A stretch of DNA of 64,000 nucleotides from Lama glama. Taxonomy: Eukaryota. Numbering within the stretch: the stretch's first letter is position 1; the number at the start of each line of letters is the position of its first letter. Under the pieces are notes generated by a model, which saw nothing but the letters and a program-made list of their open reading frames with translations, searched no databases and was not told the origin of the DNA. Both the position numbers and the translations under genes were made by a program. Positions 37,854-49,239 of this stretch are shown here, in pieces. The DNA lies in assembly GCA_028534125.1 (NCBI GenBank), contig CM052817.1, forward strand, positions 43,960,001-44,024,000, read 5' to 3'.

Positions 37854-38589
37854 ATCTGTTTTTCTCATTACCACATTTTCGTGTTCTAATTAAAAAATTG
37901 TACACACTCCTAATGATAATTGAACTCTCTCTGAAGGTAATCATCCATGAAAGCATTATACCATATTATTCAATTTTCAGCATCTTTTGAAAAATTTAGC
38001 TTTTTATCTTCTAAAATCAGATTAAATTTACGGAGAGTCTGCTTTTTAATTGGAAACTAGTATTAGCCAATCTATAACTTTAACTTATTACCTAAACTAA
38101 GAAAAACTAAACAGAAGAATGTGGCTAGAAAACTAAACAAATATTTTACTGATGTGTCTACGAGCTTCTTTCCAAATTGGTTCACTTGGTAGATTGAGTT
38201 AATAAGAGTTACTACTTGGAGTTTAACTTTCTGGTATTTTTATTGCATTTAGAAATCTTTTTTCCAAGAAAATCCAATTATTAACGGCATGAATAACAAC
38301 AGGTTTCAGCCAGCAGCATACAGCGGGCCAGGATGAAGCTATTATCTGTCTCAGTTCTGTGTGATTCAGGAATCCACTCACTTTTTCTTGGCTGAGGGAT
38401 ACTGTTTGGGGCTTTTGATTACTAAAGCACTAACTGAAGCTTTTCCTACAATGATCATATTTATAAGGTAGTTCTGTGGCATGGACTCAGGGACAGTATT
38501 ATAGCAAGGTGCATAACAAGTCATTACATTCATTTTCTTCCATAATCTACCAGGGTTCTATACTGGAATAATAAGCAACATTTCTCATT

Positions 38590-39155
38590 TTTATTTTTAA
38601 TAAGCTTTTAATTTTAGAACAGTGTAGGTACAGAGAGTTCCTATGTACTCTGCGCCCAGTTTCCTTATTGCTAACATCTTATATGAGTATGGTACATTTT
38701 GCATCACTATTGATGCATTATCATTAGCTTAAACCCATAATTTATTCAGATTTCCTTAGTTTTCTACCTAATATCCTTTTTCTGTTCCAGGATCTCATTC
38801 AAGATATCATGTTACATGTAGTTGTCATATCTACTTAAGCGCCTCTTGGCTGTGACAGTTTCTTTCTTTCTTTTTTTTTAAACATTGTTTATTGAGTTAT
38901 AGTCATTTTACAATGTTGTGTCAAATTCCAGTGCAGAGCACAATTTTTCAATTATACATGAACATACGTATATTCATTGTCACATTTTTTTTTCACTGTG
39001 AGCTACCACAAGATCTTGTATATATTTCCCTGTACTATATAGTATAATGTTGTTTATCTATTCTATATATGCCTGTCAGTATCTACAAATTTCAAACTCC
39101 TAGTCTGTCCCTTCCCAGCCCCCTCTGCCTTGGCAACCACAAATTTATATTCTAT
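38590..39155 (-). mobile_element. Old L1MC/MD 3' end followed by a young camelid L1 3' end running into the gap
   Basis: tacagagagttcc...tcttggctgtgacagtttct, then a T-tract and attgagttatagtcattttacaatgttgtgtc. Confidence 0.75.
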
Positions 39156-39655
39156 NNNNNNNNNNNNNNNNNNNNNNNNNNNNNNNNNNNNNNNNNNNNN
39201 NNNNNNNNNNNNNNNNNNNNNNNNNNNNNNNNNNNNNNNNNNNNNNNNNNNNNNNNNNNNNNNNNNNNNNNNNNNNNNNNNNNNNNNNNNNNNNNNNNNN
39301 NNNNNNNNNNNNNNNNNNNNNNNNNNNNNNNNNNNNNNNNNNNNNNNNNNNNNNNNNNNNNNNNNNNNNNNNNNNNNNNNNNNNNNNNNNNNNNNNNNNN
39401 NNNNNNNNNNNNNNNNNNNNNNNNNNNNNNNNNNNNNNNNNNNNNNNNNNNNNNNNNNNNNNNNNNNNNNNNNNNNNNNNNNNNNNNNNNNNNNNNNNNN
39501 NNNNNNNNNNNNNNNNNNNNNNNNNNNNNNNNNNNNNNNNNNNNNNNNNNNNNNNNNNNNNNNNNNNNNNNNNNNNNNNNNNNNNNNNNNNNNNNNNNNN
39601 NNNNNNNNNNNNNNNNNNNNNNNNNNNNNNNNNNNNNNNNNNNNNNNNNNNNNNN
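39156..39655. other. Assembly gap (500 N)
   Basis: Run of n; the long X-filled ORFs here are artefacts. Confidence 1.
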
Positions 39656-40287
39656 AAAAAAGAAAATGGAGAATAATGTTAGGATCCTGGGCACCTAGCC
39701 CCAACTCATTCAAGGTATTTTGCTTGTAATGAAGACGACCATCCAGAAAACATCCTCTGCAAAGAAGCAGAGGACTTCCAGGCAGCTGAGCACAACACCA
39801 TTCCTAAGAGGCTGGCAGGTCTCATTTCAAGGGCTTGGCATTCTTCAGAATTTTTTTTAAAAGTTCTTCAACAGCATCCCAGGGCACAAAACTCTGGAAT
39901 TTTCAGGAAAACCATAAGAACAGAGGAACATCTTTAAAATATGGAGATAAGTCAGACAGTCAGACACAGAGCTATTAAGGACTGCTAGATCACAGGGGGC
40001 TCCAGTAGCACAATACATTGGGAAAACATCAACAACTTTCTAGCTGGAGCATAATTACATCTGATGATAGTTACTGCATCACAGTGCTGAGGCTGTGGTT
40101 GGACCGAGGGGCAGTGTTTGCCAGCCCCACATCCTTGATATGGTGAACAACAGCATCCAAACACACCTCCTCAGAAAAAGGGTCCCAGATCCAGCTTTCC
40201 AAAATTCCACCTGGAGGGTGACTCCTTAGGAGCCTTCTGAAAAATTGTTTGGGTAAAACAATATCAATTAGGATTAAATGAGTATAA

Positions 40288-40470
40288 GTTTCCCCTGCTA
40301 TCCGAAAATAGAGTGTTCCCAGGAAAACTTTTGTAAGCTGAAACTGTGTAAAGCAAAGAAGCCATTACCTTAGGACACATCTTGCTAACAGATGCTCATA
40401 ATAAATTGGGATAAAGCACAGATATTCACAGACACAGTACAAAACTCTGGTGGCTTGAATGCTGAGATGC
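40288..40470. mobile_element. TcMar-Tigger-family fragment
   Basis: cccctgctatccgaaaatagagtgttcc...taccttaggacacatcttgctaac...tgctgagatgc matches a recalled Tigger-like terminus. Subfamily is uncertain. Confidence 0.45.
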
Positions 40471-41009
40471 ATCTTCCCATGCTTCACGAGTACCCATGGA
40501 CTTCCAGATGTGGAAGACTTCTCTACTCTGTACCTAAGAGATTTCTCATACCCTAGGTGGCAGGTTCAATAGGATGGCCAAGAGACACACAAAAAAAAGG
40601 GAAAAAATTCCTATTTATTATTAGTGTGTCCCTTGGCAGTGCTGGTCTTCTAAGCCAAGTCCTCAAAACCCATAAATTCCCAACACTCCTCTACCTCTGG
40701 GCAGCATTCCCAGCAGGTGATCTTGCCTCTGCTTAAATCTCCTCGGTGACAGGGGAGCTACTTTGAGACAGCCCACTCTTATTCATGCTGCTTTAGTTGT
40801 TATTAGTTACTTTAGTTGTTATGATATGGAAGACAAAATATCTCCCCTCCATTTTGTGAAAAGTCCCTGAATGGATTATAAACCTTGCCAAGAAGTGTTT
40901 GTGAGGAGAATGGCTACTGTTTTTAACTTAATATCAAGATTTGGGACATACCCTGGAATCCTCAAATGTCCTTTAAAATCATAATTTGTTTTTAGTGTTT
41001 TTTTATTAA

Positions 41010-41608
41010 AAATAAACTTAACTTATGATATAGCAGTCCCACTCCTGGGCATATATCTAGAGAAAAATATAATTTGAAAAGACACATGCACCCCAATATT
41101 CACAGAAGCACTATTTACAATTGCCAACACATGGAAACAACCTAAATGTTCACTGATAGACGACTGGATAAAGAAGTTATGGTATACATATACAGTGGAA
41201 TACTACTTGGCCATAAAAAGAATATAATTATCTCATTTGCAGCAACATGGATGGAGCTGGAGATTGTCATTCTAAGGAAAGTAAGCCAGAAAGAGAAAGA
41301 AAAATACCATATGATATCGCTTACATGTAGAATCTAAAACACAGGACACAAATGAACTTATCTACAAAACAGGAAAAAAACCTCACAGACACACACTTAT
41401 GGTTACCCAGGGGTAAAGTGAGTGGGAAGGGATAAATTGGGAGTTTGAAATTTGCACCTCTTGGGGAGTGATGGAAATGTTAGCTACCTTGATTGTGGTG
41501 GTGGTTTCATAGGTATATACATCTAACAAAACTCATCAAATTGTACATCTGAAATATGTGTAGTTTACTGTACAGGAATTATATCACAATAAAAGTGTTT
41601 TAAAAAAC
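41010..41608 (+). mobile_element. 5'-truncated L1 3' end (sense)
   Basis: cccactcctgggcatatatctagagaaaa...gcagcaacatggatggagctggagattgtcattcta (ORF2 end FAATWMELE)...aataaaagtgttttaaaaaa. Confidence 0.9.
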
Positions 41609-43609
41609 ATAATTTGTAACCTAACTCAAAAGGTACAACTAGTTGGATACCTAAAACCATTCTTACCGATGTGTTGGTAAGTTCACAGGTGACTGATACA
41701 TTTTACTCATTGCTGTTTACGACATTAATTTAGGATAAAAGGGGAAAAGGAAGCATGCTCTAAAATTGGGAGATGGAGGAATATAAGGTTCCAAAGTATT
41801 TTGGTGTTTTATGTACTAGTGGGGAAAACAAAAGCTACAAATTAAAAAAGAACTTTCAAAGATCTTGACTTTCACATTTCACATTCTAAGAACTTATAAT
41901 TTAAAACAAGGTTATGTGATGGTAAATTTTATGTTATTTTTATTTTATCACAATAATTTTTAAATTGGGGGAAGAGGTATGGTCCAAGAAATAAAAACAG
42001 TAATAGTTTCAGAGCTGACATGTCTTAAATTATACTTGGTCTCTTCTCCAATCCGTATTATTTGAAGGAACATTGCCAATTAGTGAGCCAAAGCTTTGTG
42101 TCATGGTTTGCTTTTATAACAGGTGCACTTTTTAATCCCCTGAATGGACTGGTAAACAAGAGGTAGGAATACACACCAGTAGCCCTGGATGTTTTAGAAA
42201 ATTTTAAATATATATTTTCTAGTAAATAATTAGATTGTCCCAGATGGCCACACACATTTGACTCTCCATAAACACTGCTTGCTGACACATATTTTAATAG
42301 AATTATATTAATAAGGAAGATGTGCTTTCATCATCAAACTTGAGCTGAGCTATACAGAGGTCCATCTGAACCATAAACAAAGGTCTATAAATTTGATGCA
42401 TAGGCCCAGATGTTGAAGAGCATGTGGAATAAGGGAAAATATGAAAAAACCAAGTTCCCACCCACAAAGGAGGCTTTTCAGGGTTTGTGGGTTTTGTTCA
42501 TGTTACTGGAACCTCTACATAGCAGTTGTTTCAGCTTTCTGTTGGGAAACATACATATCCACCTAGTGGACTGTAATTTCTCTGAGGCCAAACCTGGGTA
42601 CCGTTCTTTCATCAATTTCCCCACGTCTTACGGCCATCAGCACTCTCTCCTTCTGCAATACGAGTCCGAAAGTGACAGTTGCCATGACTTAGTTCCTTTT
42701 ACCTACTAGAGTGTGTGTCCCTTGAAGACAGGCTGCGTTGTGTTTTACACATAACAGATAGTCAAATAATTGTTGGGTGCTGTAGGAAAACGGCAGAAAG
42801 GACAATTAATTTCAGCTCCTGCATGAAAGAAGTTCTAGGCCACTTTCTTGTAAAGTCTTCTGAGTTGGCCCTGTAAGTTTTTTTTTTTTTTTTTTTGCTT
42901 TTCCTGGAGGGACCTGGTGCAAACACTTAACTGTTTCTTAAGCTAGGAACAAACAGTTAATGAGCAAGCATTTGGCATAGGAAAGATTCAAATTTGTTCT
43001 GCCCAGGGTTCCAAAATCACCAAATACCCACATTATCTTTTGTCTAATGACCCAGGTTGGGATCCACCTACAGTCAGTTCATTTCCACTCCAATTTGCTT
43101 TTAAGTGACAACCCAGCCAGAGCAATGCTTTTTAAAACATTTATTTCTAGCTGCAGAACCTCATCTTTTTGCAAAAGAATTCTTACGCATAATCCTTATA
43201 TTTAGATTAAAGCAGGTAAAAGTGCAGCGGGGCAGGTGGAAGCAGCAAGAGCCAGAGCTCCTCCACTGAGCCCCTTCTCCCCCTCCAAGAATTTTGCGCC
43301 ACATCAGCTGAAACGCAGACTTAGTGGGTCAGATTGAAGACCACTGACAACCTGATGCAATTTGGTGACAATCCATGGAAAATGTGCTTGTGAAGCAAAA
43401 TGGGCCCAGGAAAACCCCACACGGGCTCCGCAAAGTCTGAGGCTGTTTATTTTCTGCTGCCCGCCCCTCCCCCACGCGTCGGGAAATGGGGAACTGCCGC
43501 GCTCAAGATTGCTTCACTGCCACACGGCCTCTCTCCTTCCACTTCTCCACTGGGGTCCTTTCTGCGCAGTATCTGCTCATCGCGCCTCTTGGAGTCAAAG
43601 CTGTTTCGC

Positions 43610-43850
43610 TGGGGAGGGGAGCTACATGTTGTCATTAAGAATTTGGGCTCTGAGGCTGACTCCAGGCTCCACGACTTGCTGGGTGCAGGAGCCTGGACAT
43701 CTCTCATTCTCGTTTTGTCTTAGGTTGTCTCACTGGCGCTATTGGGACAGACCAGCACCTGCCGCACACGGTTGCTATAAGGATTAAATTAGGTAATGAC
43801 TGCCAGAACCTTAGAACAGTGCCAGGCACAGAGTAAATGTTTGGTAGACG
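43610..43850 (+). mobile_element. MIR SINE
   Basis: ttaagaatttgggctctgaggctgac...ggttgctataaggattaaattaggtaat...cttagaacagtgccaggcacagagtaa. Confidence 0.65.
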
Positions 43851-44236
43851 CTAGATGTCATTGGGAATACAGATGGCTTCTGGCCTGATGCAGAAAATGC
43901 TGGTTCGCTCCTTTTGCTCCCAGCTTTCTGGGTCTCCTGAACTCCTTGCAGATGTCAAGCCAAACACGCGGTCTCCGCAGTCACACCTCTGCTATCCCTA
44001 TGCCTATGTCAGTCTGAGAAGGACTGCAGCGCATCCGGGTGCCACGGCTTTCCTCCTGCTCCTTCTGCCGCAAACCTTCAATGACAACTCCCAGGAGACA
44101 CTAGAAACTCCAGCTTTTGTTGCTTCTAGTTTCCCTAAAGATACTTTGTTATTCAACCCTTAATAGTTCTTTGAGCTGGACTTCTGTTTCCTGTATCATG
44201 AAAACCCATATATTAAACAATTTTTAATTGTACAAG

Positions 44237-44369
44237 CAGGACTGGCTGTGTAATTTTCAGGACCCAGTGCAAAATGAAAGTGTGGGGTACCTTGTTCACT
44301 ATTATTAAGAATGTCAAGGCAGTGGCAGTAGAGCATTAAACCAAGTGCAGGGCTGTGAAGCTGGCCCTG
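44237..44369 (-). mobile_element. MER45A-like hAT-Tip100 MITE
   Basis: caggactggct...cccagtgcaaaatgaaa...agagcattaaaccaag...gaagctggccctg, with TIRs and degenerate 8-bp flanks tgtacaag/agtacaga. Confidence 0.75.
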
Positions 44370-44829
44370 AGTACAGACATTAGCATCATTTAGCCTTCAT
44401 TTATGCCAGTCAGGATGGGATATTCAGTTTACATGAGATTTCCCTGATTTTCATGCACAAAGGCTTGAAGGACAGAAAGTATATATATAAGACACTTGTT
44501 TATTCCTCCCACAGAAAATAATTGTAAACAAGAGACAAGAGATTCTGTCTGAAGACCTATATGACAGATTCCTATAGAAGTAAGAACATGGTATCTTTTC
44601 TCTCTCTGCTGGGGAGTTACGTCCGTTTTTTTTTCTTGGATTCCCCTGACACTTCATTTTGATAAACATCCCAGAATCTCATCTTTCAGCTGTTACCAGT
44701 CTCATGAAAAGACCTCACTCTTCGTAAAGGTGTTGTGCTCATTATTGGCAAAGGAGGTTAACTGTTCGTTTTTTAGTACTTCTTTTGTTGCTCTGTGAGG
44801 AATCTTCACAGAAACCAAGCTGACTGTTC

Positions 44830-45190
44830 TGCTAGCTTAATGGTGATTCTCCCCAGGAGCAGAGCCTGAGATAAGGATTTATCAGTAGGTTATTGGGAGA
44901 TACAGGACAGGAGGGAAGGGAAAGCAGCTGAGAGAAGGTGAATTATTAAGCCAGCATTTCCACTGATTGATTGGAAATTAATCATATTGAGAAACTCTGA
45001 GATACTGTGTAAAACCTACACCACAGAATTATCTCCCCTAAGGGCTCAGGGGACATTTAGATACCCACTCCCATCAGTCACTGATTGAGAACTGCTGATG
45101 GGGGGCCGGACTCCATCCTGCCAATGCATCCTGGGACAGTAAGGCCTCAGGGACGGGCAGATGCTGGGAGCGTCTGCTACATCTACAATG
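44830..45190 (-). mobile_element. LTR33-class ERVL LTR fragment
   Basis: gcagagcctgagataaggattt...ttattgggaga; same motif family as 12.5 and 14.8 kb. Confidence 0.5.
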
Positions 45191-46429
45191 TTGAATTGGA
45201 AAGAGTTTACACTGCAGAGAAAATTGGAAAGCAGACAGCGTTGGGTTCCAAGATCAGCGCTACTGATGAGAGGCAGAATGATTCGGGTAAGTTAGCACGT
45301 GAGCGTCAACTTTTCATCTATAAAATAGAAATACCACAACTTACCTACCGTCAGGGCTGTTGGGATGATTAGAACCGTATGAAGCATAAGATGTTGCCAT
45401 TTGTATACAGAGCTGCCACAATTGTTTTTAAACCAGTATGTCTCAAACTTATATATTCATAGCATTCACTTAAAAACCTTGTTAGAATGTAGAATTTTGA
45501 TTAAGTATACCAGGTTGGGGGGGGGTAATGTTCTGCGTTTCAAACAAGCTTTCAGCTTGATAGAATGCTGTTGGTCCATGGACCATACTTACTGCAGCAA
45601 GATTTTAAACCATTCTAAGATTTCTTTTAAATCACTATATGGAGTAAATCACAAAATATTTTCCCTGGATCTGTAGAGCTTCATCATAGCCAAAAAAACA
45701 ACAACAAAAAAAAGAGGTTTGATTATATCCATGACAGCTGTTAGCCTTATAGGGAATAGGACAACCAGCTGGGTTAATCACCACTAATAAACTTAACCGA
45801 CTGGGATTCCCAGAGCAGAGTTACACAAGAGAGGAAGTGCAAAATGAAAAATATATAGGATAGATAAGGATTTCAGCATTATGGGAAGCCTAAGAAAAGA
45901 AAAAAATTGCATCATTATTAGGGAATGAGGAAAAGGAAGAGAGCCCAAAGGCATATTTCTAAGCAATTCATGACATTAATCCAAAATAAATAGGATGTGC
46001 TTTGAGATGTCTCCTATGTGCCATACATCATGTAGGGGCAGTGATGTAAAAGAGTACGTGATGTTTACAATGTGTTGAGGGGAACAGACACATACATGCA
46101 GATACCAAGCAGTAAAAATGTGAATATACAATTCTCCTTAGTGGGAGAGTTTTGGTAGAGGGAGATTATTTTGGCCTGGAATATCTAAGAAAAGTACAGT
46201 TTGGAAGGAAAATTTCACCTAAGCCTTCAGAGGACAGATGAGTCTTGCGTTTGAATACAGTGGGAATGTATAGGGAAATGATCATAACTATAATAAAGTG
46301 ATTCTATAAAATGTGGTTCAAAAAGGGCATTGTTTTGGAATATGTGTTAGTAACAGGGCTTGGTTATGAACCCCGGACCACAGTGCACTTAACCTGCTGA
46401 GAGAGGTGGCGGTCAAGAGGCAGGTGGCC

Positions 46430-46690
46430 AGTAGCAGCATCAGCACTCACAATATGGAATTTGGAGTCAGATCTGGGTTCACACGCCGATTTCAATAAGA
46501 AATTGTTGTGTGACTTGGAAACACTGTTCCCTCTGAATTTCCTTGCTAGTCCATAAAATGATGATTTCATGTTTTCTAAATAGGATTGAAGGGCTGAGTA
46601 AATGAGATAATCCATGGAAGTTAACTCGTGTATATTCCTTAGCACGGGGCCTAGTTAATAGTTAAGTGTTTGACAAACAGTACTATTAAC
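46430..46690 (+). mobile_element. MIR SINE
   Basis: ttggagtcagatctgggttca...tgtgtgacttgg...ccataaaatg...agtaaatgagataat...cttagcac. Confidence 0.8.
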
Positions 46691-46899
46691 ATAATCAAAA
46701 CAGAAAGGAGAAAGGCCAGCAAAATTTCTTTGAAAGAAGAAACCTCATTGTAGTCACAGCAGTGCTTCTGACCAGGGAGTTCTAGGAGGTGAAGGGGGTC
46801 ACAAAGACTGGAGCCTCAAGATACCTGGGAGCATGTAGCTTCAGGTTATACTGTCAGTAATACACATGCATATGCTCTTTCATAGAAGAAAAATGTGGG

Positions 46900-48520
46900 T
46901 GGGTGGTTGCTAGATGTGCTGCCCAAATCCCCCCTCAGAATAAAGAAGCTGTAACCCACCACACTGGGAGTTCCTTCTAGCTGAAGAGAGCAACCTGCTC
47001 AAAGTCATACCCCTTCTCTGGGTAGTCCACAGCCAGTGACTATTGACACAGGGATGTCAGTTGAGCCTTCTCACTGCAATTATGAACAGCTCTGAAGGAT
47101 CAGTCCATCTTCAGAAATCTTCATGGGTCTACTGAATCATCAGGGTCTACTAAAGCTTCGTTTAGACAGCATCCCATCTCAGTTTTTCCTTTTGCTCAAT
47201 CCTGTTTCTTTCCTTTTCTTCCACAAGTGTTGAACCCGAGGGCACTCCCTAATAAACCTCCTGCATAGTAATTTCCATCTTAGAGTCTGCTTCCTGGAGA
47301 ATCAACCTGTGACAGGTGCTATTGCAGACAGTAGGCAGAGGACATGTGGCTCTTGGCACAAGGTGGTAGGGTAGGAACTAAAATGATCACAGGTAATGAA
47401 GTTGGGGGTATGCTGGTGGAAGAAAGTATGTTAGCTAATGCTGGAATATGAGGGAAATACTTTAAAGACAATAGAATTGGGTGAGTTTTTTTTTTTTAAC
47501 TCAATTGAGGCTTTGGAAAAAAGATAATCTAGAGGGGTGGAAGGCAGAGGTTCTCCTTAGTAGCATATAAGCCTCTTACGTCCCTCAGCAGAAGAGCTGA
47601 GGAAGTTGAGGACCAGGCCCAGGAACTAGCATAAGAGTAGCAAGTTTCAGTGGAGGTTAGACTCTTGGCCTAGGCAGATCTGCTATGCCAAGGGCAGGGC
47701 CCTGGTTGAGTAAAAATAAGACCCTGACATGTGGGATGGGGACACCTGGGTTGCTACCCCACTCCCCCAAATCTTGAATCTCCAGATTCCCAGGAGCCCT
47801 ACAGATATACAGAGATAGTATACCCATCTCTATTCAGGGTTAGCAATCCTCTCTTGTTCAAAGACAATGCAGAAGCCTTTTCCTTACAGGACAGCGTGTG
47901 TCCATCTCAGGATCTGGCCCTACCTACCCAGTTGGCCACGAGGTCTATAACTGTAAGTTTCAGTAAACACAGCCAGAGGAATGCTGGGCATGATAAGGCA
48001 GAAAAGGGACTATACCCCAAAGGTATTACCAGACCTAGTCATCTTTTATAAACATGACCAGAAGACTATGGATGGAGTTGGTTTCTGAGGATGCTGGAAT
48101 ATTGCTTGCAGACAGAGTTTATCAATTTGAGAGGCTCTTCTAGGATACGTGATTTAAAAATCAAGGACACCAAGAGATGGTGCAAACACACTCCTAGGGT
48201 GGCTCTTTAGAGCATGGAAAAAGCAATAGCTCACTCTAAATGGGAAAAGAAGTACCAGGGTTGCCATGGCAGTTGGTAGACAAAAAAAAAAATAAAAGAC
48301 TGAGAGAAGTACACATGCTAGAGTGGGTACTCCACATAAGACAGGAAAACCTACCAAACATCTACGTTCGAGAAGATATACTATTTTGTGAAGCAATAAG
48401 GGATCTCCCTGGTAAGAGGGTCACTAGCAGCAGTTAGAAGTTCAGTGTTGGCAATCCTTAGCAGACCAGGGTTGACAGTAGCAATGCCAGTACAAAACTG
48501 GGCTCACTAATATTAGAACA
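46900..48520 (+). mobile_element. LTR16-type LTR (~46900-47313) plus adjoining ERVL internal (gag-region) remnant
   Basis: LTR end ccctaataaacctcctgcatagtaatttccatcttagagtctgcttcctggagaatcaacctgtgaca, followed by purine-rich ERVL-like text with a decayed frame (RLREVHMLEWV). Confidence 0.65.
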
Positions 48521-48529
48521 TCCCTCCAG

Positions 48530-49110
48530 CTCCACTCCCACCCCTACATGCACACTATAGAGGACAATCATCTGAAGCCAAGTAGGAGCAATTTTAGTAA
48601 TGTATGGCAGGAACAAAAGGGTAATGGATGGTCTGACCCAGGCTCCTTTCAAACTACTGCCCTGTTCTGTGACTTGGAGTGTATGAGATTTTGCATGCTC
48701 CCTTTAAGAGTGGTAGCTCTGTTTCCTACAGTTCTCTGGCTCTTCCAAATGTAGGTCCCGATGGTTTTCAGTGCCAGACCTTCTGGGTGTTCATCTGCCC
48801 AGTGTAGGACACCTCATCTAGGGAGCCATATCTGGGGCTCAACCCACTCATTTCTTGGAGAGAACCTCTGTAGTTGTGATATTCCTCTTGTTTTGGGGTA
48901 ACCAACCCTGGGATGCAGGTCCTGACTATATCACGTCTCCGCCCCTCCTACCTATTTTGTTATATATCCTTCTTTAGATCATTAGTTATGGAAAATCTTA
49001 TCTGCTAGTCTTCAAATCACTCTCATAGTTAGTTGCTCTGTTAATGGCTGTAATTTTGGTGTGCCCATGGAAGGAGGTGAGTACAGGTCTTTGACTCTGT
49101 CATCTTGGGG
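48530..49110 (-). mobile_element. L1M 5' UTR fragment
   Basis: gtaattttggtgtgcccatggaaggaggtgagtacaggtctttgactctgtcatcttgg. Confidence 0.65.
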
Positions 49111-49239
49111 AAGCTCCATTTCCCATTTTCTTGGATGGTAGACCTAATCTTCTGGATTTATCTTTCTATTTTATGTCTTTAAATGGAAGATTTCCTTGTA
49201 TTTTAGTACTTTTATAAGCCTATTTTTGCAAAGATTTAA

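Noticed and set aside
38382..38445. 64-nt minus-strand exon-like block (tag|...|gtgagt) reading KASVSALVIKSPKQYPSAKK
   Set aside because: Weak polypyrimidine tract, no recognisable homology, and no partner exons.
39063..39729. Four long ORFs (180-216 aa)
   Set aside because: They are artefacts of the 500-N gap.
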